In this document: piece by piece, positions 39,772 through 53,247 of the stretch
Numbering within the stretch: the stretch's first letter is position 1
How the letters are laid out: the number at the start of each line of letters is the position of its first letter
DNA from: Octopus vulgaris
Taxonomy: Eukaryota
Length of the DNA stretch: 64,000 nucleotides
Direction of reading: 5' to 3'
Assembly (NCBI GenBank): GCA_951406725.2
Contig: OX597827.1
Span: forward strand, 8,928,001 to 8,992,000
Position numbers and translations under genes: made by a program
Notes under the pieces: model-generated
The model's database searches: none
What the model saw: only the letters and a program-made list of their open reading frames with translations
Told to the model about the DNA's origin: nothing

Positions 39772-39800
39772 TCATTCAGCCCAGAAATTAAACTTGGCTG
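39772..39800 (-). CDS. Candidate terminal exon start (phase 1 xAKFNFWAE*; phase 0 QPSLISGLNDINSL*)
   Basis: NAGNAG acceptor attctttttcagcag; possible donors much further downstream at 39021 (gtgagg) and 39011 (gtatga). Confidence 0.2.
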
Positions 39801-40227
39801 CTGAAAAAGAATATTGTTTTGCAGTACATGAAGAATACTACAGATATGTCAATGGAGAAAAAAAAAACAAAAAAAAAGAGAAAATTAAAAGAAAAGAAAA
39901 TACAACAACAACAACAAAAAGGAAACAAAAGAAAGAAAACGCTATATTTTCAAACACTGAAGCATAAAGTCTTAGTAAATATTGAAGTTATAACAACATT
40001 TTCAGAATTATTCCTGCTAGTCTAACATTGCATCATTAAACATTTTATTTAGAAGTCTAAGACTGAATGTTATGCTTGTAGTAGCAGCATACTAAATGTT
40101 TACATTAAAGACAGGCTTCAAGACAATCTAAACACATTCCATTCATGTTTGCAAATTTCGTTAAATGTCAGCTAATGCTATAAAGGCAAACAATACAGTG
40201 GGAAACATAACTTTCACAGAGACTGCT

Positions 40228-40290
40228 TTAATACATGGTTTTAACTATTTTACTGTCTTCATATTGACCAATGCTCAGGGGAGAGGCAAT
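40228..40290 (-). CDS. Candidate terminal exon (phase 0 IASPLSIGQYEDSKIVKTMY*; phase 1 xCLSPEHWSI*)
   Basis: Strong acceptor ttttctgttgctttgtccag. Confidence 0.3.
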   Translation of the reverse strand: MASPLSIGQYEDSKIVKTMY

Positions 40291-40538
40291 CTGGACAAAG
40301 CAACAGAAAATTACACTAGTAACTTTATACTTGTATTCATTTACTTGTCATAGTCGCCAGACTGTGGTCATGCTGGGTTACCCTCTTTAAGGGGTTTTTA
40401 GTCTCAGGGTTTTAGTTTCAGTGCTTATCTATTGATTTGCTTTTTATCAAATTGCTAAGTTATGCTTGTTGACACAACATCTGTTTTGAGCTTGTGCTTG
40501 TGAACATAAAATAGATACAGACCAAAACACACACATAC

Positions 40539-40920
40539 GCGCAGGAGTGGCTGTGTGGTAAGTAGCTTGTTTACCAGCCACATGGTTCTGGGTTCAGTCC
40601 CACTGTGTGGCATCTTGGGCAAGTGTCTTCTGCTATAGCCCCGGGCCGACCAATGCCTTGTGAGTGGATTTGGTAGACGGAAACTGAAAGAAGCCTGTCG
40701 TATATATGTATATATATATGTGTGTTTGTGTCTGTGTGTCTGTCCCCCTAGCATTGCTTGACAACCGATGCTGGTGTGTTTACGTCCCCGTAACTTAGCG
40801 ATTCTAAGTACTGGGCTTCCAAAGAATAAGTCCCGGGGTCAAGTTGCTCGACTAAAGGCGGTGCTCCAGCATGGCCGCAGTCAAATGACTGAGACAAGTA
40901 AAAGAGTAAAAGAGAGAGAG
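40539..40920 (+). mobile_element. SINE family A
   Basis: Consensus with a short internal deletion. Confidence 0.9.
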
Positions 40921-41009
40921 TATACACAAACACCAAACACGTACACACACACACACACACACAGAGGCAAACATATGTGTTGTTGCAATGTCTCGCTGCA
41001 TCCACCATT

Positions 41010-41560
41010 TGTCAGTATCTGCTATGGTCATCTTGGGCTATTCTCCAAACAGTGTCCCAGTCAACTACCATTTCCATAAAATACTTCCTCATTCTACTAT
41101 GACCACGAGGCATGTAGCTGGCCAACACAAGTCATTACCGCCAGCCAGATCCCCAAATCCTCTGAGAAGAGGTGTTTGGGATGCAGCTCAGAAAATTGAG
41201 CAACAGGATGAAAGAGTCTAAGCTTACATTCCCAAACCATACTAATAGCAAGATGCGTTCCAGTTTTTCAGTAGAGTTGTTTGTTGGGTGTAGAATCTGG
41301 CCAAGGGTAGCCCATAATTCTGTGAAGTGTCCTGGTACCAAAGGAAACCAGGCAGCCCTTAAGAGCTTCAGATAGTGTCCAAGTCCTACTACTGTTGAGC
41401 AGCTAGACAGGGTGGTCCAGAAACCTGAAGACCTGAACCTTCGTCCTCCTGCTCAGACACTGACAGCACCATATACCCTTATACAGTGAGTCCACAACTG
41501 CACCAACATGTATAGTATCTGAAATGTATAGTATCAAATATCCACCAAAGCTGATCTTAC
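41010..41560 (-). mobile_element. RTE-type LINE fragment, decayed
   Basis: Minus strand reads TKVQVFRFL..PV...SRTWTLSEALKGCLVSFGTR, like RTE TK..VF..LV.PVLLYG.ETWTL....RLD.FGTR. Confidence 0.6.
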
Positions 41561-41871
41561 CAATCAGAATACAATGGAGTGTTAGGTAACAATTTGGTTA
41601 TATAACTTTACGCTCATCAGAGTTAGCTGATATGGAAGGGAATATGGCAACTGGTCTCTATTGTTGGTGGTGGATTAGCACAGCCAGTCAGCTGCACCTG
41701 CACACCCTACTATTGATTGCAATCACAGATCCCTTGCCTTGATCCTTTATCAATGACCTTCCACCAATGCCTTCAGGCCAGGCAAAAAGAGTTTGACCAA
41801 GGCACATAACAATGCACTCATGTACACAAACACATCCCTATAAGGCAGACACCCCACAAAATAGAGTCAAA

Positions 41872-42125
41872 CTGTTAGGGGGACAAACACAGACACACAA
41901 ACGTATACACACACACTTACATACATATATAAATATATTATATATATATATGTGCATATATACGACGGGCTTCTTTCAGTTTCCGTCTACCAAATCCACT
42001 CACAAGGCTTTGGTCGGCCTGAGGCTATAGCAGAAGACACTTGCCCAAGGTGCCACGCAGTGGGACTGAACCCAGGAACCATATGGTTGGTAAGCAAGCT
42101 ACTTACCACACAGACACTCCTATGT
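41872..42125 (-). mobile_element. SINE family A, 5' half
   Basis: Reverse head segment. Confidence 0.85.
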
Positions 42126-42201
42126 CTATATTTTTCTATTTTGGCTGTTTAATGCTAAATTCCTTGTCAAATTCTAATAAATGCTTGATTGAAGATCATT
42201 T

Positions 42202-42299
42202 TCAGATATTGAACTTTTCTAAAACTAATGAGGAATATTTAGCAAGTCTTGTCTCATTTCCGACCAAACTTTGACAATATCGCTGACATTTATATCCAT
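42202..42299 (-). CDS. Candidate phase-1 terminal exon xGYKCQRYCQSLVGNETRLAKYSSLVLEKFNI*
   Basis: Acceptor ttgttcttatttcaaag; 32 codons including the stop; phase 0 also open for 24 codons. Confidence 0.2.
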
Positions 42300-42520
42300 C
42301 TTTGAAATAAGAACAACTAAAAACTGAAATGGAAATTTCTTGCTGATAATGTTGTTCTTTGAGCATTCAGTTTATCATAAATTGTTACAGTAAAGGAAGT
42401 TAGAAGAATATGGTAGTCTTTGAAACATCAAGTGCAATGCTGTATACAGTAGCAGAAACTGTTTATGAAGGCAAAATTCAACTTGTATTTGACACCGATG
42501 TGTGTGTGTGTGTGTGTATA

Positions 42521-42731
42521 CAGGGTGGCCCAAAAGTAGTTTTACAGTCATTCAACTCTCTCTTTCGCATTCATATATTAACAATTTACATCTTAATTAT
42601 AAAAAAATATGAAACCATTATTCTATGCTGATTTAGTTAATTGTAAGATAGAAATTTAAATGTAATAAAAAGTTTTATAAGAAATTTAAAGTGCCTATGT
42701 GATAAATGTAAACCTACTTTTGGGCTACCCA

Positions 42732-42732
<1 letters not shown>
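42521..42732. mobile_element. Mariner-type MITE (partial second copy 43203-43333)
   Basis: TIRs CAGGGTGGCCCAAAAGTAG / CTACTTTTGGGCTACCCAG with TA flanks. Confidence 0.8.
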
Positions 42733-42769
<37 letters not shown>

Positions 42770-43165
42770 CTAGCAGTATCGCCCGGCATTGCTTGGGTTT
42801 GTAAGGGAAATAACTATATAAGCATTTTTAGAGAGTTATAGCCAAAAAATAGCAAAAAATGCATTAAAAATGGAAAAAAATTATGGTAATTTTTTTTAAA
42901 TCGTTGACTCATCGTAGACATTTTTAGAGAGTTACTTCCCTTATATAATAGTGAAAAAAATGCATTAAAATGGAAAAAAAATTATGGTAAATTTTTTTTA
43001 AATCATAGACTCATCGTAGACACGCGCTAATACCCAGAAGGGCTCGATATGAATCACAACTATAAGATACCCGGTTTTTGGTTAAACTGCACCGCAAAAT
43101 GTGGGAGTAGTTAGGAATCTAAATCGTAGGAGACAGACACACAACTTCACTTTTATATATAAAGA
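42770..43165 (-). mobile_element. Non-autonomous Helitron with internal duplication
   Basis: Reverse copy of 27794-28177 with the catttttagagagtta...gactcatcgtagac block present twice. Confidence 0.85.
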
Positions 43166-43358
43166 AGATATGTACATATATATGTATATGTATATATATA
43201 CACAGGGTTGCCCAAAAGTATATTTACAGTTATTCAACTGTCTCTTTTGTATTCATATATTATCAGTTTAGATCTTAATTATAAAAAAATTATGAAACCA
43301 TTATTCTATGCTAATTTAGTTACTTGTAAGATATCTCTCTCTCAATCTCTATATATGT

Positions 43359-43742
43359 AGGCACAGGAGTGGCTGTGTGGTAAGCAGCTTGCTTCCCAAC
43401 CTCATGGTTCCGGGTTCAATCCCACTGCATGGCACCTTCGGCAAGTGTCTTCTGCTTTAGCCTCGGGCTGACCAAGGCCTTGTGAGTGGTTTTGGTAGAC
43501 AGAAAGCGAAAGAAGCCTGTCGTATATATATATATATATATACATGTGTGTGTATGTTTGTGCATCTGTGTTTGTCCCCACCACAATCACATGACAACTG
43601 ATGTTGGTGTATTTGCGTCCCTGTAACATAGTGGTTCGACAAAAGAGAGTGATACAATAAGTACTAGGCTTACAAAGATCAAATCCTGGGGTCAATTTGT
43701 TCAACTAAAGTCTCAGTCAAATGGCTAAAAAGAATAAAAGAA
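43359..43742 (+). mobile_element. SINE family A
   Basis: Head to degenerate tail. Confidence 0.85.
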
Positions 43743-43863
43743 TATATATATGTGTGTATATATATGCATGTATACACACAAACACTCACACACACACACA
43801 CATATATATATGTGTGTGTATATATATATATGTGTGTGTATATATATGCATGTATACACACAG

Positions 43864-43918
<55 letters not shown>

Positions 43919-43999
43919 TAATGGAATGGTGTAGATAAAATCTAGGCTACAGCTTGATCCTTGGATCTTACCTTTATACATACATACATATATACATAC

Positions 44000-44059
<60 letters not shown>

Positions 44060-44255
44060 CTGAGGTGTGTTTTGCTAAGAATGTATATGAGTACAAATAG
44101 AGCCCGTTCACCATTAGAATTCCCAAATAGCCGGTAGTATTATTATGGTATGCTACCAATTCTAGTCTTAGGTATTCCTTGCGTGTGAAAATAAAAGAAG
44201 CCACGGATGTTGTCGCATGGAAATCTAGATTTACTTAAGGAAAAAGCAACTGAGT

Positions 44256-44377
44256 GTCACCTGAGGAGATACATAGAGATCTTCTTATACAGGTAAATCG
44301 TTACATAATTAAATTTAAGCTTAACTTTAAATCCCGTATATACGAGGATCTGTATGTATCAAAACATTTGTAGTGAT
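44256..44377 (+). ncRNA. Type-I hammerhead-like motif with long stem II, catalytic G mutated
   Basis: gtcac-CTGAGGA-gatacatagagatcttcttata...tatacgaggatctgtatgtatc-AAAA-catttg-TA-gtgat; 22-bp stem II, GAAA reads AAAA. Confidence 0.6.
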
Positions 44378-44437
44378 TTAAAAGCTGCCTAACCATACTT
44401 ACTCTTCCTTTTGACTCTTTTACTTTTTACTTTTATA

Positions 44438-44877
<440 letters not shown>

Positions 44878-45225
44878 GCAGCAAAATGAGGATGATGATG
44901 ATGATGATTACGGTAGGAACAATGAAGACAAAAAAATGGTGGTGGTGGTGGTGGTGGCAATGGTCCAGATTGTGACAATGGTGATGATGATGGTGTAGAA
45001 GGAAGAGTAGCTATAGTAGCAGCAGCAGCAGCAGCAACAGTGAGAGGAGATGGAGGAGGAAGAGGAGAATAAGCTAAAATGCTAAAGCTACGTAATATGG
45101 TTAAAGGTTTTCCTACCAAAATATGTTACAAGATTATGATATAAACAGTAAAAGCATTATTAAAATAACATTAACTCAAAATTCCACTATATTTTCAGAA
45201 AAGTTACTAGTGAGTAATAAAGATG

Positions 45226-45271
<46 letters not shown>

Positions 45272-45279
45272 TAATAATG

Positions 45280-45375
<96 letters not shown>

Positions 45376-45650
45376 GTAAAATGGAGGTAACCAGAATGTG
45401 GAATCTAAAAACAGAAACAATTCCTATCATAGTAGGTGCATTAGGCATGATAAAAAAAACACCAGGACTTACAAACACATATAACATACAGAAAATTGCA
45501 CTACTAGGCACTGCACACATCCTACGCAGAACACTTTCCATACAATAACCATCAGAGGATCACAACAAATCACAGCACATACCCAAGGCACACAGAGCTG
45601 TGCTCAGTAGTGAAGTGAAAGTACGCTATAAAAAATATACTACTGAATAA
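45376..45650 (+). mobile_element. R4/Dong-clade LINE 3' fragment in (TAA)n
   Basis: EVTRMWNLKTETIPIIVGALGMIKK..IQKIALLGTAHILRRTLS*, flanked on both sides by TAA repeats. Confidence 0.8.
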
Positions 45651-45789
45651 TAATAATAATAATAAAATACAGACATGACAAAGTAAGCAGTTATATCCAC
45701 TAGACAATATGCCAACATTACAACATCAAAGCTGACAGCAGGTGGTATAAGCATGAGTTAATCAAGGTATAAGACAAGAGCCAGCCCAC

Positions 45790-46300
45790 AATCATCTGGG
45801 ATATGCCAGTTCAAACCAATAGAGAAATAAAATCTAATTGCTGAGACATAACAGAGAAGGATTGGGGGGAAAAAAAAGACCTGCTTTCTGATAGACATTG
45901 CAGTCCCTTCTGATGAAAATATCGTCAAAAAAAAGTGGAGAAATTGTCGAAGTACAAAGACCTCAAAATTGAAATAGTCAAAAATTTGAAGCATGAAGGT
46001 AAAAACAATACCAATAATAATTGGAGTATTGGGCATGATAAAAAATCATATGAGCAAACATGTAGAACCTATATCTGGATCCTCAACATTACGCACTGTC
46101 CAGAAAATAGCCCTGCTAGGAACAGTCCACATCCTATGTAAGACACTAGCAATCCAGTAATACAACCTAAACAAAACAACCCACAAATACAAAATACACT
46201 CTATACAGCATTTATTCAATGAAATAAACTCCCACAAGCAAGCTAAACACTCACTACACAATACAGGTAGTAACACAACAAAAGACAGCACCACATCTCA
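45790..46300 (+). mobile_element. R4/Dong-clade LINE 3' fragment (endonuclease region)
   Basis: IIWDMPVQTNREIKSN..DI...CFLIDIAVPSDENI...EKLSKYKDLKIEI...VQKIALLGTVHIL. Confidence 0.8.
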
Positions 46301-46479
46301 GGCAAAAAAAGAAAGCTAATACAATAGAGTACCAGGAAGAGTTTGCACACTCCCAGCAGCAGGACAGAAAATACAATGCTGCACCCCCCCCCCAGCAATA
46401 TGGAGGTGTTATAGGTGATGCAGTAGAAATTTGCCTCAACCTGCCAAATATTGAACAGTTATATAATAAGAATAATCCT

Positions 46480-46716
46480 TTCTGTTTCTCTATTACCCAC
46501 AGGGGGCTAAACATAGAAGGGACAAACAAGGACAGACAAACGGATTAAGTCGATTACATCGACCCCAGTGCATAACTGGTACTTAATTTATCGACCCCGA
46601 AGGGATGAAAGGCAAAGTCGACCTAGGCAGAATTTGAACTCAGAACGTAAGGGCAGACGAAATACGGCTACGCATTTTGCCCAGCGTGCTACCGGTTCTG
46701 CCAATTCGCCGCCTTT
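46480..46716 (-). mobile_element. SINE family B, full length
   Basis: Near-identical to 24211-24441. Confidence 0.85.
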
Positions 46717-46839
46717 CTAATAATCCTTTCTACTACAGCACAAGGTCTGAAATTTGGTAGGAGGGAACTTGTCAATTACATCGACCCCAGTGTTTCACTG
46801 GTACTTAATTTATTGATCCTGATAATGATAATAATAATG

Positions 46840-46894
<55 letters not shown>

Positions 46895-47303
46895 GAGTTT
46901 GACAAGCTCAGAAAATATAAAGACCTGCTCATTGAAATTGAGAAAATGTGGCATCTCAAGGCGGTTACAATACCAGTGATCGTAGGAGCACTAGGAATGA
47001 TCAAGAAGGGAACCGAAAATTATATGAGAATGATCCCTGGCTTACCATCCCTGCAAGAAGTGCAAAAGATTGTCTTAACTGGTAAATCACACGTATTGAG
47101 AAGAGCATTGTCGATGTGAGAACTATTACTACCCATGTATTTTAATTTAACTTTATTTCTATCAAAAAAAAAAAAGAACGAACTAGTGAGTTTAGTTTAA
47201 TGGCCTACCAATGTATACTATGAGTTTCTTTGCCCTAGGAGTTGGGAAGACACTCGGCAAGAAATGGAAGCAAATTTGAAAGAAGAGGAAATAATGATAA
47301 TAA
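46895..47303 (+). mobile_element. R4/Dong-clade LINE 3' fragment directly after (TAA)n
   Basis: Open frame EFDKLRKYKDLLIEIEKMWHLKAVTIPVIVGALGMIKKG...VQKIVLTGKSHVLRRALSM*. Confidence 0.85.
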
Positions 47304-47780
47304 CATGAGCAGAAGTAGTAGGGGAGCATCACTCTCTTAGTATAAAAGATGGGCTACAGCAAATATTCTGCCCAATACCTTAAGCAGTTGTGCATGTCCC
47401 TTAGTGGCTGATGATATGTGCATCTCTGATCATGACCAGAAGTAGTGGGAAAGCATCATAGCTATATGCTGAGAGGGATTCTTTGGGGTTTGAATAATTT
47501 ACCTCTAGGAAAATGGGTGTTTTGCTCATCATCCTTAAAGAAACCTTTTGAGAGACCTTTTGAGTGGGATGGACTACTTGACCTGAAGAAAATTCTAACT
47601 GCCCCCCCCCCCCCTGCAAGGTCATGCACTGTTTATTTTCATATGTGATATCTCCATGTCACACATATATGATGGTATACCTCATATACCTTATCAGACA
47701 GGTAGTCGTGATGGGTATACTGGGTTTTATATATTTACCCCTGTGTCACTTTGATAGCATGTGCTGCTCTCTTACTCAAT

Positions 47781-47781
<1 letters not shown>

Positions 47782-47825
<44 letters not shown>

Positions 47826-48048
47826 TTAGCGTCCGCTTTCCATGCTAGCATGGGTTGGATGGTTCAACTGGGGTCTGGGAAGCCAGAAGGCTGCATCAGG
47901 CCCCAGTCTGATCTGGCAGTGTTTCTACGGCTGGATGCCCTTCCTAACGCCAACCACTCTGTGAGTGTAGTGGGTGCTTTTTACGTGCCACCCGCACAGG
48001 TGCCAGATGGGGCTGGCAAACAGCCACGGACGGATGGTGCTTTTTACG

Positions 48049-48050
<2 letters not shown>
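47782..48050 (-). mobile_element. Family E retroelement
   Basis: (TCA)n tail and consensus body. Confidence 0.85.
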
Positions 48051-48098
<48 letters not shown>

Positions 48099-48338
48099 TC
48101 TTTCTATTAAAGGCACAAGGTCTGAAATTTTCTTGTTCTGTACTTTACCAGATGTAATAAGTTGTTCTGAACTTTTCCAAGTGTAATAACTTGTCCTGTA
48201 ATTTTCCAGGTTTATAATCTTAAGAATATTATTTGTCTTGCTTGCATTTTTCCATGTAATCCATGTATTTTCCAGCATGCTAATTAATAATGTGTCAAAT
48301 GTATCAATTAGCAGTGTCTTTGATAATTTTTTCCTTAC

Positions 48339-48381
48339 CTCAATGAAGCCAGTGACATATATTAAAAGTCCCTTTATAGAA
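48339..48381 (-). CDS. Candidate 43-nt exon (phase 2 to 0: SIKGLLIYVTGFIE; stops in other phases)
   Basis: Acceptor ttttttttatcaatttag and donor GAG|gtaagg, both strong. Confidence 0.35.
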
Positions 48382-48575
48382 CTAAATTGATAAAAAAAAG
48401 TATAGAACTATATTATCACCCTCAAATTTGAGAAACAAACACTCATGACTTTTATCTTTTAAAACTTCATTGCATGAGATTGATACCATGAAATTCCTCA
48501 AATTAAGCTCTATCATTCAAGCTTAATCAAAATATAGTTTGTTTTTAAAATAAAAAAAAAGTTATTCTGTTGTGT

Positions 48576-48802
48576 CTGGGGAGAGTCATTTTCTTTTTGT
48601 GCCTTATAATTTAACACACTCACAAGTAAAATTTCCACTCATTTCTTATTCTTATTTTCCTAAAATTTTCGTGGCATCTTGCAACCTTTTCAATTGTCAA
48701 GACTATTGAAAATTTTAGGAAAATAAAAATAAGAAATAAGTGGAAATTTTACTGGTGAGTGTGTTAAATTATAGGGCACAAAAAGAAAATGACTCTCTCC
48801 AG
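48576..48802. repeat. ~95-bp-arm inverted repeat (fold-back element)
   Basis: ctggggagagtcattttctttttgtgcc... pairs with ...gggcacaaaaagaaaatgactctctccag. Confidence 0.85.
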
Positions 48803-49190
48803 CCATGTGCTTCAACAGACGAACTCACATAAAGAATCTTGCAAACCAAATCCAAAAACGAAATAAAAATAGTTGACTATACTTAAATCCAAAATTTTTT
48901 GCCTTACTCATATTTTTTCCTGACATTTTACCTCACAACTTTTCTGATACAAATTTTTGTTGCATGGGCACAAAACTATGAAATTCTTCATGCTTTCTTC
49001 TATCATTGAAGCTAAGATAAATATACATTTTTTTTTAAATAGAAGAGTTATTTACATCTAAACTTGATTGGTGGCATTACTTATTCTCCTATAACGTTGC
49101 TACAAATTTTGATGTAAAATCTTTTCTACTGGGTCAAATCTCATTTTTTATGCCAAAATGTAGCTAGGGACCAGTCCTTCTCAAAAACTG

Positions 49191-49234
49191 CTAACAGTTT
49201 TTAATTTGGGTAAGAACTGTATTAGTGACAAATT
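49191..49234 (-). CDS. Candidate terminal exon (phase 1 xFVTNTVLTQIKNC*)
   Basis: Acceptor ctacatctttcag; phase 0 is similarly open. Confidence 0.15.
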
Positions 49235-49783
49235 CTGAAAGATGTAGCATATGAGTAAATTGTGGCCTTAAGAACATTATTCAACTACTACCATAGTTGA
49301 ATGATATATACTAATAAACAAATTAAATACTAATAAATAAATCATAAGAATCCTAGTTCAATAGCAAAAGATGGAATATTGATATAGAAAAGAATATGAA
49401 GAGGTTAGCTGATTAATACTCAGTCAGATCATATTACAAGAGTCAAATTTCACATGTCCAATTGCTTCAAACACTCCCATGGAAAATGAAGAATGTTTGT
49501 TAAACGAGAACTCATGAAGGTAGATAAGTTTCTAATGAAGAAGTGATGATCATATGTCAATAAGAAAAAGAAAGAGAGAAAAGAAAAGGAAGAAATAACA
49601 CAAGAGAATTCTTTAACAAAAGACACAACCTAACCTCAAAGGTCACCATTTATTGTGACCTGAGCATGCAAATTCTGTTAGTAATTTCCTTTAAATGTGC
49701 TCCTAATTTTGGCAATGTTTGGTATCAATCTTGAACTTTTAAACTCCAGTTTAATTGCTAGTTTGAAATAGCTCTACACTTAC

Positions 49784-49804
49784 TTGAAATATCATTGTGA
49801 TAAT
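49784..49804 (-). CDS. Candidate 21-nt microexon (phase 1 xYHNDIS)
   Basis: Acceptor ataacctag (weak) and donor CAA|gtaagt; frame-preserving. Confidence 0.2.
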
Positions 49805-50231
49805 CTAGGTTATAATTAAATTGTTTAATTAATCTTTTCACATTATAACCTTGCTTACTCATTCATTTATAAAATCACAGGTTTACCTCTACCAATAAAT
49901 TACATCAATATATTACTTATCTTCAGTGAGTATTTTATTGATTTCGATCTATCTTTTGCACTTGGCTTCATCAGCTTCTACAGATTTTCAGTCAAGTTTT
50001 AGCATATTTAAAACTATTTGTATATTTTTTAATTACTCATGCATCTGACATTATTCAGAAAATACCAACCACTTCATTGACAAATCATTCTTGTTTAATT
50101 CACTGATATAATGACTTTGATGCCTGATTTCTTTTTTGTAAGTGTTACTTGTTACAACAAGCATCTACTTAGCACTATGCAATCTTTACTCTTTACTCAT
50201 TGCTACATGAGGCTCCAGCAGTTCAACTTAC

Positions 50232-50497
50232 TCTACATAGTGTTATTAGCTTCAGGTGGAGGTGATGCGTGGAGTTGTGGTTTTGAAGGATGGGTAGAAA
50301 AAAATCATTAACCAACGAGGGTATTCCAGCAAAGAGTTCAAGAAAGAATAGTTTGAGCAAATTGGAAAGAATGAAAATTTTTTTCTTCCAAAAATCATTC
50401 TTCCTCAATCACAAAAATATGGGGGAATGGTTAATGGTTCAGCATTTTTAACATAATATTTGCAAATTTACAGCTAGATTTTCTGTATCAAGGACTG
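50232..50497 (-). CDS. Candidate stop-containing cassette exon (phase 1 xVLDTENLAVNLQILC*, stop at 50448)
   Basis: Acceptor tttttttcttaaaatgcag (NAGNAG) and donor AGA|gtaagt. Confidence 0.25.
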
Positions 50498-51040
50498 CTG
50501 CATTTTAAGAAAAAAAAATATATATCAAACTTCTTAGAGTCTTCATGAAATTGATTTAAGCCCACTTGTTGCATTACCCACGATAAAAGAAAGCAAAACT
50601 CACTTATTGACAATAATGGTTATAAAGCTAATAGCTTCTTCAAACATTCAATTTAGTTGTTTGTATATCATGTTTCTTTATGTCAACCAATCATCCTTAT
50701 ACTTAACACAGAATATTTGTGTTTGTAGTATGAACAAATTACACACTTTAGAACAGTTGCTACTGGTTAGTTGAAATGATTGTCCACAGTTGGTATGGAA
50801 TATTAGTTTATAGTTTATTTGTTTTTAATATTGCAGCCTGTGCATAAGAGGGTCATTGGCTACAGGTTTACAATGAGCCAATAACTGGTTCAATGCACTT
50901 CTGACTGTGGTGAGAGTTACAAGGCAATATCTGCAATTTAGTATATCACAAGTGATTTGTTCCTAAAGCACCAGATTTTTTCTGTTTTCTTGTCAATATT
51001 TATACCCTATGATAATATACTTTTATGAATTGGAGGAATG

Positions 51041-51103
<63 letters not shown>

Positions 51104-51379
51104 TCAAATTCCATTCAAATTCCATTCATAAGGTATTGATCAAGCTGGAGTCATGATAGAGGACACTTGCCCAGGGTGTTATGCAGTAATATTGAACACG
51201 AAACCAAATGGTTGCAGAGTGGACTTCCCAATCATATAACTACGCCTGTGCCCATTGAATAGCTCCATATTTTGGAACACACTATCACATGTTCATTGCT
51301 GTATTTTTATACATTTCAATCTCTATATGTATTGAGAGACTGGATCTGGCAGACAAAGACTGAAAGAAGTAGTCATAAA

Positions 51380-51421
<42 letters not shown>

Positions 51422-51818
51422 GTTAGGAAGGGCATCAAGCCGTAGAAACACTGCCAGATCTGACTAGGCCTGATGAAGCCTTCCGGCTTCACAGACCCCA
51501 GTTGAACTGTCCAACCCATGCTAGCATGGAAAACGGACGCTAAACGATGATGATGATGATGATGCCAACCATATACATATATTCTTCCTTCTACTAGCAT
51601 GGGATGGAAATGCCTTGTGATAGCATGAAATTGTAACATTATCAGTAACTTCTTAGTCATGGTTAGCACAAGTGAAACCGGGCAACTATAAGTATTTTAT
51701 TTCATGAATATATACATGTATGAGTGTGTGTGTATACACACATCTTTACGGTCAAACATAACATTTTTGTGCATCCTCCATGTGTTTTTATATTTTTCAA
51801 GCAATTCTCCTCATGGAA

Positions 51819-51865
<47 letters not shown>

Positions 51866-52239
51866 CTTCTTAATGTGTGATTTGTCTGTTTTCTTACTTA
51901 TCAAGGTCTTTGGTCTCAGCTAAATTTTAAGGACCATTGATCACCACATGGTGTGCTTATGTGACACTGGTATGGGTGCTTTTTATATGGCAGTAGCACC
52001 TATGAGCCCATGAGATTACATATATTCTTCGTTTTTACTGGAGCATGGGATGGAAACGTCTTGTGATAGCATGAAATTGTAACACTTTTACTTAGTTTCA
52101 CATGTCTTCTCAAGCACAGCAAACTACCAGGGGTCTTGGTCCCCTGTCATCCCTTCTGTGAGTCTCAACATCTGTGGATCCTTCCTTACCACTTTGTTTC
52201 ACATCTTCCTAGATCTATCTTTTCCACATGTTCCCTCTA

Positions 52240-52560
52240 CAATTATTGCCAGCATTGCCTTACTGGCACATGGAAAACAACATTTGAGTGAGGTCGTTAC
52301 CAGTGCCACTGGACTGGCTCCTGTGCAGGTGGCATGTAAAAAACATCATTTGAGCGTGGCTGTTGCCAGTATCGCCTGACTGGCCCTCATGCCAGTGGCA
52401 CGTAAAAGCTCCCACTACACTCACAGAGTGGTTGGCGTTAGGAAGGGCATCCAGCTTTAGAAACTCGTCCAGATCAGATTGGAGCCTGGTGCAGCCATCT
52501 GGTTCACCAGACCTCAGTCAAATCGTCCAAACCATGCTAGCATGGAAAGCGGATGTTAAT
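52240..52560 (+). mobile_element. Family E retroelement (further copies 51419-51564, 59951-60156 and degenerate 23452-23630)
   Basis: gtggcacgtaaaagc..cccactacactc..gagtggttggcgttaggaagggcatccagc. Confidence 0.8.
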
Positions 52561-52688
52561 AATAGTAAGAAAAAATATATATATTGATAGAAATGGCAAG
52601 ACAACAAAAGAATGAAAGAGACCTCGATATTATGTAAATAGTGGAATTTATCTGTAAATATAATATAATTGTCACGTATTATATTTGC

Positions 52689-52738
<50 letters not shown>

Positions 52739-52741
52739 TTA

Positions 52742-52791
<50 letters not shown>

Positions 52792-53152
52792 AAAGAGACA
52801 GGCAAAGAGAAAAAGTAAGAGAGATAGAGAAAGCAAAAGGTAAAGAAAATTTCAGAAGCTACCCATAACTCTATTGACAACCTAATACACCAGCTTTGGG
52901 CAATTCATTAAAGAAACATAATCAAATTTATTGAAATCATGTGTATTAATATAAGCTCAAGAGATATTTAAAAAGAAATGATAAAAAAAGACAAGAAACA
53001 GTAGCGATAACGAGAATGATATCAACCAATTAAGAGAGACTGACGAAATAAATTTAAGTAAGCATAAAGATAAAAATATTATAGATTTCAAATTCCCCCA
53101 TCAGCAGTGTGGAAAGTTATCGAGAGAGAGTTTACGCGGTTCATTTTTTTTT

Positions 53153-53247
53153 TTAAAGATTGATATTGTTTCTTTCATGAAAATGTTTTTGATTCACTGC
53201 CACAGTAAAATGTTGCCGATGAAATTTAGCCATAGTGGAGTTTGTGA
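53153..53247 (-). CDS. Candidate phase-1 terminal exon xTNSTMAKFHRQHFTVAVNQKHFHERNNINL*
   Basis: Branch point tactaat, then tract ctgcttctttattcatag; phase 1 is the longest frame; donor CGC|gtaaac 17 nt after the stop. Confidence 0.45.
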
